Source: Octopus bimaculoides (Eukaryota). Taken from it: a stretch of DNA of 62,866 nucleotides. The translations under genes were made by a program, and so were the position numbers. The stretch is from contig NC_068987.1 in assembly GCF_001194135.2 (NCBI RefSeq), positions 85,318,059 through 85,380,924 on the forward strand, given 5' to 3'. Below the pieces are notes generated by a model, which saw only the letters and a program-made list of their open reading frames with translations, did no database searches and was not told the origin of the DNA. This document shows, one piece after another, positions 25,855 through 41,250 of this stretch; within the stretch, counting starts at the first letter, position 1; every line of letters starts with the position of its first letter.

Positions 25855-25985
25855 TCTTTTCTACCAGCTGAGTAAACCGGAGTAACGCAAAGCTCAAGAA
25901 CACAACATATTCTCCGGTCGAGGATCGAAACCACAATCTTATGATCATGAGTCCATAATCCCTAACCACTTAGTCATGCGCCTCA
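25855..25985 (-). mobile_element. SINE family D head region
   Basis: CCAGCTGAGTAAACCGGAG..GCTCAAGAACACAAC..GGATCGAAACC..CCCTAACCACTTAGTCATGCGCCTC. Confidence 0.7.
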
Positions 25986-26012
25986 ACGCTTAAAAATAAA
26001 TATATGTTTATA

Positions 26013-26043
<31 letters not shown>

Positions 26044-26887
26044 NNNNNNNNNNNNNNNNNNNNNNNNNNNNNNNNNNNNNNNNNNNNNNNNNNNNNNNNN
26101 NNNNNNNNNNNNNNNNNNNNNNNNNNNNNNNNNNNNNNNNNNNNNNNNNNNNNNNNNNNNNNNNNNNNNNNNNNNNNNNNNNNNNNNNNNNNNNNNNNNN
26201 NNNNNNNNNNNNNNNNNNNNNNNNNNNNNNNNNNNNNNNNNNNNNNNNNNNNNNNNNNNNNNNNNNNNNNNNNNNNNNNNNNNNNNNNNNNNNNNNNNNN
26301 NNNNNNNNNNNNNNNNNNNNNNNNNNNNNNNNNNNNNNNNNNNNNNNNNNNNNNNNNNNNNNNNNNNNNNNNNNNNNNNNNNNNNNNNNNNNNNNNNNNN
26401 NNNNNNNNNNNNNNNNNNNNNNNNNNNNNNNNNNNNNNNNNNNNNNNNNNNNNNNNNNNNNNNNNNNNNNNNNNNNNNNNNNNNNNNNNNNNNNNNNNNN
26501 NNNNNNNNNNNNNNNNNNNNNNNNNNNNNNNNNNNNNNNNNNNNNNNNNNNNNNNNNNNNNNNNNNNNNNNNNNNNNNNNNNNNNNNNNNNNNNNNNNNN
26601 NNNNNNNNNNNNNATCTATATGTACATGTAGATGAAGGTATGTGCATACATGTACATATATATGCATATACTCATATATTGTTTATATATGTGTGGGTGT
26701 GTGTGTGTGTGTGTGTGTGTGTGGTTGATTATTTTCCTTATGTTTTGAAACGTTTTATCAGATTTTCATTGTATCACTGTAAAAATAATATCAGTAATGA
26801 TAATAATAATAGTTGTGATTAAATCGATCATTATGGTGACGAATACACGTGTACAGACAACACAATATAAATGGGAGAAAAAAATAA

Positions 26888-29493
<2,606 letters not shown>

Positions 29494-29581
29494 TAATATA
29501 TGTATGTATATATCCCAAAAATGTATTGGTAACAAATAAGGTATTTCTAGAGCTTAAAAGAAATTACTTGAGTTGTGTGTT

Positions 29582-29612
<31 letters not shown>

Positions 29613-30436
29613 GTATGTTTTTTTTTTTTTTCAATAACTTTATTGTCAAAATCAAACATGTATATTACTATAAAGAAATGTTAGAACTTTGTTACTTTAA
29701 TGTGTGTGTGTGTGTGTGTGTGTGTGTGAGTGTCGGAATGGGATTTTACGAGTCTAACAATTTCGCATCGCGATTAAACCTACAAACGTCAAACAGAAGT
29801 AACATATATCTGTATATTTTCTTAAATACTAATTAAAATGTATTTTCATCCTAATAATATTATTGGTTGACGGCTCTTTACGTTTTATATATTGATAATA
29901 TTAATAATATGGTAATACATTTAAAAANNNNNNNNNNNNNNNNNNNNNNNNNNNNNNNNNNNNNNNNNNNNNNNNNNNNNNNNNNNNNNNNNNNNNNNNN
30001 NNNNNNNNNNNNNNNNNNNNNNNNNNNNNNNNNNNNNNNNNNNNNNNNNNNNNNNNNNNNNNNNNNNNNNNNNNNNNNNNNNNNNNNNNNNNNNNNNNNN
30101 NNNNNNNNNNNNNNNNNNNNNNNNNNNNNNNNNNNNNNNNNNNNNNNNNNNNNNNNNNNNNNNNNNNNNNNNNNNNNNNNNNNNNNNNNNNNNNNNNNNN
30201 NNNNNNNNNNNNNNNNNNNNNNNNNNNNNNNNNNNNNNNNNNNNNNNNNNNNNNNNNNNNNNNNNNNNNNNNNNNNNNNNNNNNNNNNNNNNNNNNNNNN
30301 NNNNNNNNNNNNNNNNNNNNNNNNNNNNNNNNNNNNNNNNNNNNNNNNNNNNNNNNNNNNNNNNNNNNNNNNNNNNNNNNNNNNNNNNNNNNNNNNNNNN
30401 NNNNNNNNNNNNNNNNNNNNNNNNNNNNNNNNNNNN

Positions 30437-30474
<38 letters not shown>

Positions 30475-31652
30475 GTGTGTGTGTGCGTGTGTATAAGTAA
30501 ATCCTGTACGGAAAGTACTCACGTGTAAGTCTTGAATTAAAACCACGAATTGCAAATAGTAAAAAAAAATATAAATAGACAATAAATCGATAAATAAATA
30601 AAAATACTAATAATAAATCCTTATAGGGGTTGGATTATCCTCTTCTCTGGAATGGATTATGATTACAATTATTGTTGTTGTGTGTTTTAGGAGTATATTA
30701 GTACGATTGCAGTTGTTTGGTTGACTTACAATGCACACAATATTTGTTTGTTGTTTAGCATACTGCTACGTCCGTTATGAATCGTCTTTTTATCCTTCTG
30801 TGTCCGTGTGTAGGTATATATACATATATATACATATATATACATGTGTTTGCGTGTGTGTATGTGTGTGTATGTGTGTGTCAAGTGTTTGTGTAAGCGT
30901 GTGTCTTCTTTTAAGCTGTGAATGAAAATCAATTTCAAGTTTCAATTTCAAGTTATATATTTAATTAATATTTTTCCAGATTGATTTTTAAAATTTTTTT
31001 CTCCGTAAAAAAATATCCAGGATTTTCCATGAATAAGTTGAAATTAATAAACAAGTGAACGTATGATCCAATCAGAGAACTGTTATTAAATGATCAAATC
31101 AAAAGCCGTAGATATTTGATATTTAGATATGAAACACAAAACATTCGCCGAAACGATCGTGGCAAGGTTGTATTATATATATATATATCTATACATATAT
31201 GCTTATGTATAATTATTGTTGTTGCACGAACTCCAGTTTTGTAAACATTTGAAAATGTTTCTTGTCAACAGTGGAAACATTTGCTACTATTGAGGGGAGA
31301 GTGAGAGAAAAGCGTGTAGAATGTATGTTTGTAAGTGTGGGTTTATAAATGTCCATTTGTTTATATGTGGAGTGTATAACGCGTTTGTGTGTTAGGTTGT
31401 CTTGACCATGTTTATCATTATAAAACGTGGACTATGGCAAGTTTTTCATGGAAACGGGTGAGAAAGAGAAAGAGAGAGCGAATGTGTGTGTGTGTCGTGA
31501 TGATAGTGTAGGGTCGAGAAAGCGTCTAATGGTTTTGCTTATGTAAAAACATGTGAGTGACAGGTTAGACGTATACATACATACATGTATATATATTATA
31601 TGATGTGGGTGTTTGTCACTTATCTTTCTATTAAGTCAACAATGTTTGTTCG

Positions 31653-31688
<36 letters not shown>

Positions 31689-32026
31689 TGTGTGTGTTTC
31701 TTTGCGTTTCGAAATACAAAAGAATATATTATTAATTATTGCAATTAATAATAAAACGAACAAAATATACAAGTAGATAAATAATAATAATAAAAAAAGA
31801 ATGATAAAGCTACAAACTTCTTCCTGTATGAAAATAACTCTAACTGTGACAAATATATATCGTATTATATAGAATTCTATTTTCTTTTCCGTTTGTTTTC
31901 TATTCAAATTAATATCAAGAACGAAGATAATGATAGATAAATAATTATATATGTTCTTACGGACGGTTTAAAGGTATCTTTGTGTGTGTGTATATATGTG
32001 TATATATGTTTAATTTCAGATTTTAC

Positions 32027-32335
32027 CTTTCTTTCTCGAAAACACGCGTGTTATGTACTGCAGCGTTGCTTTTTTTTTTTCTTCTTGTGATTGTTATGTG
32101 TATGTTTGTTTGTTTGTGGGTTTTGTATTATTATCACAGTTTCTTTACACGTTTGGTAGAATATAGCAAAGCGTCTGTTTGGTATCTTAAGTTCCCAGTA
32201 AACATACAAAAATCTTTAAAAAGAATCAGTAGCGACTACGACGACGACGACTGCAACATCAACAACAGTATCATCAACATCAACATCATGACGAACAGAA
32301 TTCACTAACATATCCGTAACACCAACACGAACATT

Positions 32336-32369
<34 letters not shown>

Positions 32370-33500
32370 ATGTTATTAAGACGGCCAAACGTATCACCAG
32401 AGCGGTACCGCGAGAATATAGGAGAAGAAAATTCCTTGTCTAACATTTTTGCACACAATATAATGAAATGAAATGGCAAGATGTGCAATAGAAGTTGTTT
32501 AGTGTGCCCACAGTCTCGTTATGTTAAATCGCTTCGGCAGAACGTGTGGCGATGATGGAGGGTGATGATGGCGGCGAAGGTGACGGTGTGTTCGTTTCGT
32601 TGGTTGGTTGGTTGGTTGGCTGGCTGGCCGATCGGCTGGCTGGCTGGCTGGCTGGCTGTTTCGTTATTTAAGCTGGTTGCATGTATAGGTGTATGGATAG
32701 ATAGACAGATGGGTGGAAGGGTGGATGGTAAAAGCAAAAAAAAAATGTGAAGAAGCGGAGAAGTAAGACAGACCTTGCAAAATTAAGAGGCAATGCGCCT
32801 CTCTCGCTTGTAGTATGTAAAATACGAATGTTTGTATGTGCTATAGGAGTCGGAGATATTTGAGTTAAAGAAAAGAAAAGAGAAATAGAGAAAGAGAGAG
32901 GCAGTGATTGGGTAGAAGTTGGTTTTGTTGTTGTTGTATGTAAGAAGATGTGGGTGGAGAGACGGAGAGTAGTTAGGTTAGCTTATAAAGAGACCCCGAG
33001 ACGTGAGCTTTGTAGGAAAAGAAGAGGAAAAAAAGCGTGTGACGAGAGAATAGATGAATAAACGAATAAAAGAATGAATCAACGAACGAATGAAACGCGC
33101 AAAACTGATGGCTGGACGACGTGGTGTGAGTGAATAAGTGTGTGTGTGTGTGTGGAGATATGAATGGATGAATGGATGGACGGACGGATGGATGAATGGA
33201 TGGAAGGAAGGAAGTACGGTTTGGCGAACGAATGAAATTTTGTGTCACAGTAGAAGCATGGGGGGACGTAGGGGGAGGAGGGGGAAGGATGTGGCAGGAA
33301 GAATGAGAGTAAGAAGGGAAGACATATAGTAAAAGGAAATGGTGGTGGCGGTGGTGGTGGCAAAGGGACGGTAGCGGCCCCGACCGGCCCACTCGTAATG
33401 TGCGCGCACACACGCACACCGAATTGTGGAACGATAAAGTTGAATTAAAGGGAGACGGAAAAACATGTAAACAAATAGCGAGGAGAATTTCACTCACACA
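32027..33500 (-). promoter_or_regulatory. Candidate non-coding first exon / promoter region of HS3ST
   Basis: SINE-free, CpG-richer, UTR-like low-complexity block ending at a good minus-strand donor AAAG|GTAAAA (32027/32026). Candidate acceptors TTTCTTTTAAG| (29553) and CTCTAG| (29547) lie just upstream of the uORF cluster. Inference only. Confidence 0.25.
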
Positions 33501-33639
33501 CGCGTGTGCACAGGCGCACACACGCGTGTGTATATGTGAGTATATATGTACACATAGGAGTGTCTATGATTATATATGGATGTGTATGTAATGTATATGT
33601 ACGGATACGTACATACTTGCATATACACACGCGTGTACG

Positions 33640-34045
33640 GTAAGAGGCTTACTCCTCAACCACATGGTTCCGGGTTCAGTCCCACTGCGTGGCACCTTGG
33701 GTAAGTGTCTTCTATTATAGCCTCAAGCCGACCAAAGCCTTATGGGTAGATTTCATAGACGGAAACTGAAAGAAGCCTGTCATGTATGTGTGTGGGAGTG
33801 TGTGTGTATGTGCGTGCGTGTGTGTGCATGTGTGTGTGTGTGTGTGTCATTATGTTGGTGTTTGTCTCCTGTCACCGGTTGTCAACCGGTGATGGCTCGT
33901 TTACGTCCCTGTAATGTAACGGTTCGGCAAGTGTAACCGATAGAATAAGTAGAAATAGTTGCTGGGATCGATTCGTTCGATTAAAATTCTTGGAGGCTGT
34001 GCTCCAGCATGGCAACAGTTTCATGAATAAAACAAGTAAAAAATG
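33640..34045 (+). mobile_element. SINE family A (slightly 5'-truncated)
   Basis: CCACATGGTTCCGGGTTCAGTCCCACTGCGTGGCACCTTGGG head, internal TG tract and tail. Confidence 0.85.
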
Positions 34046-34305
34046 TGCGTGCGCGTGTGTGTGTGTCTTTGTGTTAGTATATGTCCCCCACCACCGGTTG
34101 ATACCCGGTGATGGTTTGTTTATTCTATGTGACCGATAGAATAAATACCGAGTTTTATAAAGTTAATTACTGGGATTGATTCGTTCGACAAAATCTTTTC
34201 AAGGTGGAGCTCCAGGATGACCGCAGTCTAACGACAGAAGCAAGTGAAACATGTATGTGTGTATGTGAGTGTGTGGGTGTATGAGAGAGTGTGTGAGTAT
34301 GTGTT

Positions 34306-34358
<53 letters not shown>

Positions 34359-34361
34359 CTT

Positions 34362-34745
34362 AGGCTCAGGCATGGCTGTGAAGTTAAAAAGCTTGCTCTG
34401 CAACCACATAGTTGAAGGTTCAATCCCATTGCGTGGCACCTTGGGCAAGTGTCTTCGACTATAGCCCTGGGCCGACCAATGCTATGCGAGTGAATATGCT
34501 GGGCGGAAACAGTGTAGAAGCCTGTCATATATGTTTGTGTATGTGTGTGTGTGTTCTCCCTCCACAATTTGATAACCGGTGAAGGTTAGTTTACGCCCCT
34601 GAAATTTAGCGATTCAGCAAAAGCAACCGATTGAATAAGCAAGGAACTTAAACACCCTAAGTACTCTCGTGGATTTGTACGACTAATCCTCTTAGGGGCA
34701 GTGCCCCAGCATGGTCACACTCTACTGACTGAGTAATTGAATAAA
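34362..34745 (+). mobile_element. SINE family A
   Basis: Head, internal TG tract and tail as above. Confidence 0.8.
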
Positions 34746-34794
34746 TTCACATACACATTATATGATTGACTGTTGACTGGATACTATTCAATTT

Positions 34795-34955
34795 TTTTTC
34801 TCCGTGTTTTTCTCCTTGTCTCCGTATTCTTTCTGTTGAAGAGCGTAGCTCGAAACGTCAAAGACTTTCCGTATTCCCGAGCGTCATACTAATATATACT
34901 TTTGTTATTTACACCACCTGTCCTCGTCTGTTGTTATTATTTGTATATTCTCCCA
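34795..34955 (+). mobile_element. PLE-type terminal repeat fragment with a minimal hammerhead (34828-34864)
   Basis: TCTTT-CTGTTGA-A-GAGC(GTA)GCTC-GAAA-CGTC|AAAGA. Stems I and II are perfect, helix III is the ACGU palindrome, the site is GUC, and there is one core substitution (A6U). Confidence 0.65.
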
Positions 34956-35257
34956 TATATATATATATATATGTGTATGTATGTATGTATGTATGTATGT
35001 ATGTGTGTATGTATATATATGTGTGTGTGTGTATATATATATATANNNNNNNNNNNNNNNNNNNNNNNNNNNNNNNNNNNNNNNNNNNNNNNNNNNNNNN
35101 NNNNNNNNNNNNNNNNNNNNNNNNNNNNNNNNNNNNNNNNNNNNNNNNNNNNNNNNNNNNNNNNNNNNNNNNNNNNNNNNNNNNNNNNNNNNNNNNNNNN
35201 NNNNNNNNNNNNNNNNNNNNNNNNNNNNNNNNNNNNNNNNNNNNNNNNNNNNNNNNN

Positions 35258-35356
<99 letters not shown>

Positions 35357-35664
35357 GCGACTCCAGGTCACCAGCGTCATCCGGGCTCATCACAGATTTC
35401 GCATAAGACACATGCCTGCTCGAAAAGTTTCACGTTTTACCGCTTTACTTCTAACCCCAAATGGCTTATTTTCTTTTAATATCTAAACACTATGTCTTTC
35501 TCCATTTCTAAGTTAATGGTTAAAATAAAGCAACCCTGCAAAACACAACTGATCTTTGCACAACACAGAATAACACCGATCATATAACGACAGCGAGGTG
35601 CACAACAAACATCAGCGATATGACTGTCGCCTGTACTCTTGAGATGCCAGTTAGTGTTTTACAC

Positions 35665-35895
35665 CTACGAGGCTCGTTCGCATTAGCCCGAGTTGCTCGA
35701 TAAATTTTCGTTCCTTTAAGAATATTGTGGAGCGGAAACTTTTTATAGACTGGAATTTGAATCGTAATCTCGATAGAAATTTATTGTTTCAAGAAAACAT
35801 TGAATTTGAATCATTTTTTTAATTTTTACGATTAGAGATAACAACTCGGGCTGTAATTTGTGAGCCCGAGTCAATCGTATGCGAACGATGTCGTG
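35665..35895. mobile_element. Tc1/mariner-like MITE
   Basis: Left end TACGAGGCTCGTTCGCATTAGCCCGAGTTG (35665-94). The right end 35842-95 is its reverse complement with a 26-nt insertion and a terminal TG for TA. Confidence 0.55.
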
Positions 35896-36498
35896 AGAAC
35901 GTCTGCTACGAATATTCTTTGATACAGAGCACTTCTATGACGACCACCAGACGTTGAACGAAAATAAATGAACTGCGACCGGCCTAAATAAAAGGAGACC
36001 GAGTTATTGGCTGAATTTACATTCTTGAAGTCAGTGTTGGCAGAAACTAAAGAGCTTAAATTCACGTTCACATTACAAAATTTATAATCAGTCCAAGCCC
36101 GAACAGCCCGAGTGCCGGAATCGCCACTGATATAACCCCATTTGTTCTCTTTTTATACCTGCACCACACCTGGAACCAACCCCCGAGTCAGTCCCACAGT
36201 TTAAATTGGATTTGGTACTTACATATCTACAAGATCCTATCAACACTTGATTGGTCTTTACCTGATAGTGAACTTATTTCTTGCTTCCTATGTGTTCATG
36301 TGCCTTGATTCTACTGAATGCTATGACAAATTCATAAATATATTTGAAAAAACGAATAGAAATGGTCTTTCTGATAATTTTTCCGCTTCATCTAATTATT
36401 AAAGTGGAAAGATTATCAGAAAAGCCATTTTCTATTCATTTTTTTTCAAATATACAATACTGTACGAAGGATTTTCTATTTCTTATTCTACTTTGTGA

Positions 36499-36537
<39 letters not shown>

Positions 36538-36675
36538 CGCGCATATCAATCGCGTTGTAGAAGGCCCGTTTAAAATCGCATAAAATCGATTTCTCTTTCA
36601 TTCTACATAGTTCTTACTTTTGGTGTGTGTGTTTATGAATGTGTGTGTATGAGTGTGTATGTATGTGTGTGTGAG

Positions 36676-36712
<37 letters not shown>

Positions 36713-36994
36713 ATAAGCTGTATGAAACACTCTAACGATATCATTGCTACAACTCTTATTTCAAACTTTTATTTAAAAAGGTTTTTTTTTCATTTAAATA
36801 TTTAAGAATCAACTCATCGTCAACGTGATCAGTGACAGAGTTCAACTACAATGCGAGTTTAAAGTGACCTGTAAGAAATAGCGAAAGCACACACACACAC
36901 ACACACACACACAATTTGTTGTGTAACGATCCGGGGAGAGGTACCCAGTATTGAGGTCGGGTGCAATAATACATTTAAGCCGGTTCAGTGGTTT

Positions 36995-37119
36995 GGTATT
37001 TTAGGGTTTCCACGGCGGTATTCAGCTGTTTCTTCAGACAAACCAGACTCTTCGAAAAAAAACACATTGAGCCACACGGATGTTCCAAAACAGTGCAGAA
37101 ACAAAAATGCGTGAAGTGG

Positions 37120-37162
<43 letters not shown>

Positions 37163-37190
37163 GGTACTGTTGCCATTGTTTGTGTGTAGC
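36995..37190 (-). mobile_element. Probable PLE-type terminal fragment with a decayed hammerhead (about 37000-37044)
   Basis: Minus strand GGTTTGT-CTGAAGA-A-ACAGC(TGAATACC)GCCGT-G-GAAA-CCCTA. It interrupts the Hero-like relic. Confidence 0.3.
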
Positions 37191-37194
37191 CAAG

Positions 37195-37475
37195 ACGTTC
37201 TTTCGATGTGAGACGACTGCTGTTATCGTTAGGCCTAACTCATCGTAAGGTAAATACCACTATGACCGATATCCAAACTACTGTGGAGAAGGCTAGCCAC
37301 TGGATTTGGTTAAAAAGAGACGATGAGCGATGGCTAGAGAAATATTGAGCTTTATTTAATAACCAGTTGATCTAGCAAGCGGGGCCTCATATCAGTGAGG
37401 GGGGGGGGCGGTGCGCACTGATGCCGTCGAGAGGTAGGCCCCGAAACGGCGCGCATTCTCTTCTGATGACCCCAT
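37195..37475 (+). mobile_element. 3' end of an RLE-bearing (Hero/NeSL-group) non-LTR retrotransposon
   Basis: 37208-37348 reads VRRLLLSLGLTHRKVNTTMTDIQTTVEKASHWIWLKRDDERWLEKY*, with IEVGC upstream at about 36950-64. This matches the VEVGCRG...EKAS.W.W.KR..W C-terminus I associate with Hero-clade elements. A structured 3' UTR follows. Confidence 0.65.
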
Positions 37476-37756
37476 ACACTTGCTGGCTTCCGGTATGCGG
37501 ACTTCTCGACTGACAGCATTTGCATGTGCGAGTTGTTTGCAAGACATCAGTTCGTTTGAACGTCTGCTAAATCTTTTTGTTATATTTTGCGGCTTCCTTG
37601 GTCAGGATCCGAGGGAACTGGTCTGTACACTTTCTGCTTTTTTCTTCTTCTTTTCTTTTAGCTCCACTGAATGGAATTTGGTAATGTTTCTGGAACTCTA
37701 CCTTACTTGTATATGTGTGCATCTGTTTTGTATCATCACAGTTTCTTTACACCTTG

Positions 37757-37975
37757 AAGGCGGCGAACTGGCAGGAATGTTAGCACACCAGGCGAAATGT
37801 TTAGCGGTATTTCGTCTGTCTGTATGATATGAGTACATATTCCGCCGAGGTCGACTTTGCCTTTCCTCCTTTCGGGGGTCGATAAATTAAGTACCAGTTA
37901 CATATTGAGGTCGATCTAATCGACTGGTCCTCCCCACCAAAATTTCGGGCTTTGTGCTTACAGTAGAAAAATTTC
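37757..37975 (+). mobile_element. SINE family B
   Basis: AAGGCGGCGAACTGGCAGG head through ..CAGTAGAAAA tail. Confidence 0.85.
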
Positions 37976-38280
37976 TTTACATGTTTCGCAGGATATAGCA
38001 ATGATGGTGATACTAATAATAATAATAATAATAACAATAATAATTATCATAGTGGGCGCATTAGGTATGACAAGAAAATATTCAGACAAATACATAACAA
38101 AAAAAAACACATATATATATAATATACAGAAAATTGCACTACTAGGCATTGCGCACATCCTGCGCAAAACACTTTCAATGCAGTAACCATAAGAGCATCA
38201 CAGCAAACCACAGCACATACACAAGGCACACAGAGCTGCGCTCGGTAGTGCAGTGAAAGCACGTTATAAAAATAAAACTA

Positions 38281-38360
<80 letters not shown>

Positions 38361-38913
38361 ATGGTCGGATGCAGTACCAAGCAGTGACTTTCATGGCTTC
38401 TGATCTTAACTGATTGGAAGTGTTATCATGTACATTGTTTTGTCTTGGCATAAAAGATGGGCTACAGTAAATTATTCTGCTCAATACCACAGATTTTCTC
38501 ATCAGCTGTTTGACCTTAACCAGTTGAGCATGTCCCTTAGTGGCTGACGATATGTGCATCTCTGATCATGAGCAGAAGTAGTGGGGGAGCATCATAGCCA
38601 TGTGTTGAGAGGAATTCTTTGGGGTCTGAATAATTCACCTTTGGAAACATAGATGTTTTGTACAACATCCTTAAACAAACCTTATTCAGGGACTTTTTGA
38701 GCGGGATGGGCTACTCGACCTGAAAAAAATTATAACTGGGCCCTACCTGCGAGATCATACGCTGTTTATCTTGATATGAGATCACCATGTCGCGCATATG
38801 GTTGTGATGCATGTGCCTGGTGTACCCTTATCAGACGGATAGTCATGATGGGTATAATGGGCTTCGTATATTTTACCCCACTGTCACTTTGATGGCATGT
38901 ACTGCTCTCTCAC

Positions 38914-38914
<1 letters not shown>
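38361..38914 (+). mobile_element. Non-coding interspersed element embedded in (TAA)n, probably derived from an R4/Dong-type 3' region
   Basis: About 555 bp of complex sequence with (AAT)n on both sides (38285-38360, 38915-38966); no ORF. The orientation and class are inferred. Confidence 0.45.
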
Positions 38915-38967
<53 letters not shown>

Positions 38968-39411
38968 TTGTTGCTGTTGTTCGTGTATACGCAAGACGCC
39001 CGTTCGAATAGATTTGTTTGTTTGAACTGTTTCTGCGAAAGTCTGTTAAATCTTTGGTTCTGTTTTATAGTTAACTTGACCAGGATTTGTAGGAATTGTT
39101 CGTCCTGTTTTGCTTTAACTCTTAGGAGCGGAATCCCCATTAATTATTTCTGTAACATAACCATACTTTAAAAACAAAATACCAATAAAGAAATATAAGC
39201 ATACAAAGAAACTTGGCGTCGCAAATTTAAAGTAAAATGATTGTTGGAACAGTGACTATAAAAAGGATTTGGCACCGCTTCTTTTCACTACTCCCATTGC
39301 GAACTCAACATGCAGCCCTTAACGGCAGCAACGTGCACACAAAGACATCAACAGTAAAATAAACAAAAACAAAACAGCTGTTGACAACCACCTTCTCGAA
39401 AACGATCTGTT

Positions 39412-39906
39412 TTAACAACGAACAGATGTATGGTTTGAACTAAGCTTTATTGCCAATTCTTCAACTGATAATGCAGGATTTTCTTCAAGTAATTCCTTAA
39501 GGAGCTTATCATGAAACTCAACTGGAAGTCCTGTTCGATCTTCATCTTCAAGGCTGAAATCTCCGCTTCTGAATTTTGCAAACCATCTTCTGCAAATTCT
39601 TTCATTCAAGCACTCTTTCCCATAAACTGAATGTATGTTTCGAGTCGGTTCGGCTGCAGAGTTTCGTTTTTTGTACTCATAAAGCATTATGTGTCTGAAA
39701 TGCTCTTTGGACGCTTTCATTTTAGAAAGGGTTTTAATCAAAGAAATTTTAATTCTATTATTCTGTAAAATAATATTTAATTAGTTTAAATGTACATAAA
39801 TGCATAAAAATAATTTTCAGTTCCATTAGACATTCTAAAATACTATTAAATTTCATTCAATTTTAAAAAAGGTAAAATCGAACAGAACTTATGGGATGAC
39901 CTGATA
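39412..39906 (-). mobile_element. Mariner DNA transposon, 5' portion (TIR + transposase HTH), truncated
   Basis: ORF 39741-39412 MKASKEHFRHIMLYEYKK..SAAE..RNI..VYG.ECLNERICRRWFAKFRSGDFSLEDEDRTG.P is the Mos1/SETMAR-like N-terminus. Terminal TA+TCAGGTCATCCCATAAGTTCTGTTCGATTTT at 39906-39873. Confidence 0.9.
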
Positions 39907-40004
39907 GAAGCAGTTCTAATAATGTTAACATTACCGATAATACATACTTAATGTGTTTTGGTTTGTTGTTTTTTCTGCACTTATTGTCTGCAGGATTCGC
40001 CCTG

Positions 40005-40154
40005 GCAAAAATCCCTGTTAGACGTCGAGATATATGTATACATAAAACGGACAATTAAGAGAACTCCCCGAATTTGCAAAAATCCCTGTAAGTTGTCGAG
40101 AAATATATATACATAAAACGGACAAGGAAGTGAACTCCCTGAATTTGCGAAAAT
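40005..40154. repeat. Tandem duplication, 71-bp unit (2.1 copies)
   Basis: GCAAAAATCCCTGT..GTCGAGA..CATAAAACGGACAA..GAACTCCC.GAATTT at 40005 and 40076. Confidence 0.85.
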
Positions 40155-40674
40155 TACATAAGGATAATATTCAATGCCTTCGCTAGTTCTAATGACAATC
40201 CTTGGGAATGTTTAGCCACATTGAACATCGTTAATAAAACTCCATGTACACATAATACCCAGGAATTAAGAACGATGAGTAGAGTTTCTGTGTCTTTGAG
40301 AATAATTGCCATTAATGCTATGAATTTTCTTTCTATTGCAGCATAATTTCAATTCATTAAAATTTATTTTCAGCTCTCCACATTAACTATGGCGACCGGC
40401 ACTTAACGCATTCTCATTCAATTGGCTCTGACATCTGACAAGTATTTATTTTATCGACTAAGAAAAGAAAATTGAAGATGATTTTAATATAAAATTAACA
40501 CAAAATAGATTGTTGTTGCTATTGTGGCTGCTGGTATAAAGATGCTGTTCTGGTTGCTGTTGTAGTTGTTGTTGTTGTTGTTGTTATTGTTGCTGATGTT
40601 GTTTGACCAAAGCCAAATCATACAGAGCAAACCTATGAACAAAGATGGTCTCGGATAACAATTCTGTTATATTT

Positions 40675-40840
40675 TCGTGGCTGTGTGGTAAGAAGTCTGC
40701 TTCCCAACCACATAGTCCTAGGTTCAGTCCCACTGCTTGACACCTCCGAGATATCTTCTACTATAGCTTCAGACTGACCAAAGGCCTCGTTAATGGATTT
40801 TGTAGACGGAAACTGAAAGAAGCCTGTCGTATATATATAT
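40675..40840 (+). mobile_element. SINE family A, 5' half
   Basis: GTGGCTGTGTGGTAAGAAG head to AAGAAGCCTGTCG. Confidence 0.8.
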
Positions 40841-40861
40841 ACCATGAAGTAGTTGTAGTTG

Positions 40862-41250
40862 TATGCTGTCAACTTAATGTGACAGTCCCCTGAAGGGAAT
40901 AATACTACTGTTGGTTAGACCTAGGAAGCTGCACCACTTCCTGTCGGCCTTGACACATTCCCTGTGTCCTTATATTTACAAGGGGGAGAGAAGCACCTCC
41001 ATCCCGCTAAGCCTGCATCTAGAGACATGTCTCTCAGTCTTTGCTCGTCATCAGTCTGGGCAAAGACACGCATACCCTTAAAGTAGTTCTCAGAGAGATT
41101 CAACGTGACACAGAATGTTACAGGGCTGGCCCTTTCAATTAAAGGTTGAGTGCACTGGAACAACTGGAAATAAAGAGCCTTGCCCAAGGACACCACGCTC
41201 TGTCGGGTATCGAACTTAGGATCGTGAGCTAAATACCCTGACCACTAAGC
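40862..41250 (-). mobile_element. SINE family D
   Basis: Head ..GGTCAGGGTATTTAGCTCACGATCC..GTGGTCCTTGGGCAAGGCTCTTTATTTCCAGTTG; shares the AAAGGGCCAGCC..TCTCTGAGAACTAC body with family C. Confidence 0.7.

Noticed and set aside
33872-33892. Perfect palindrome TCACCGGTTG-T-CAACCGGTGA
   Set aside because: It lies at a position where family A copies already have an imperfect inverted repeat; a point-mutation variant, not a separate element.
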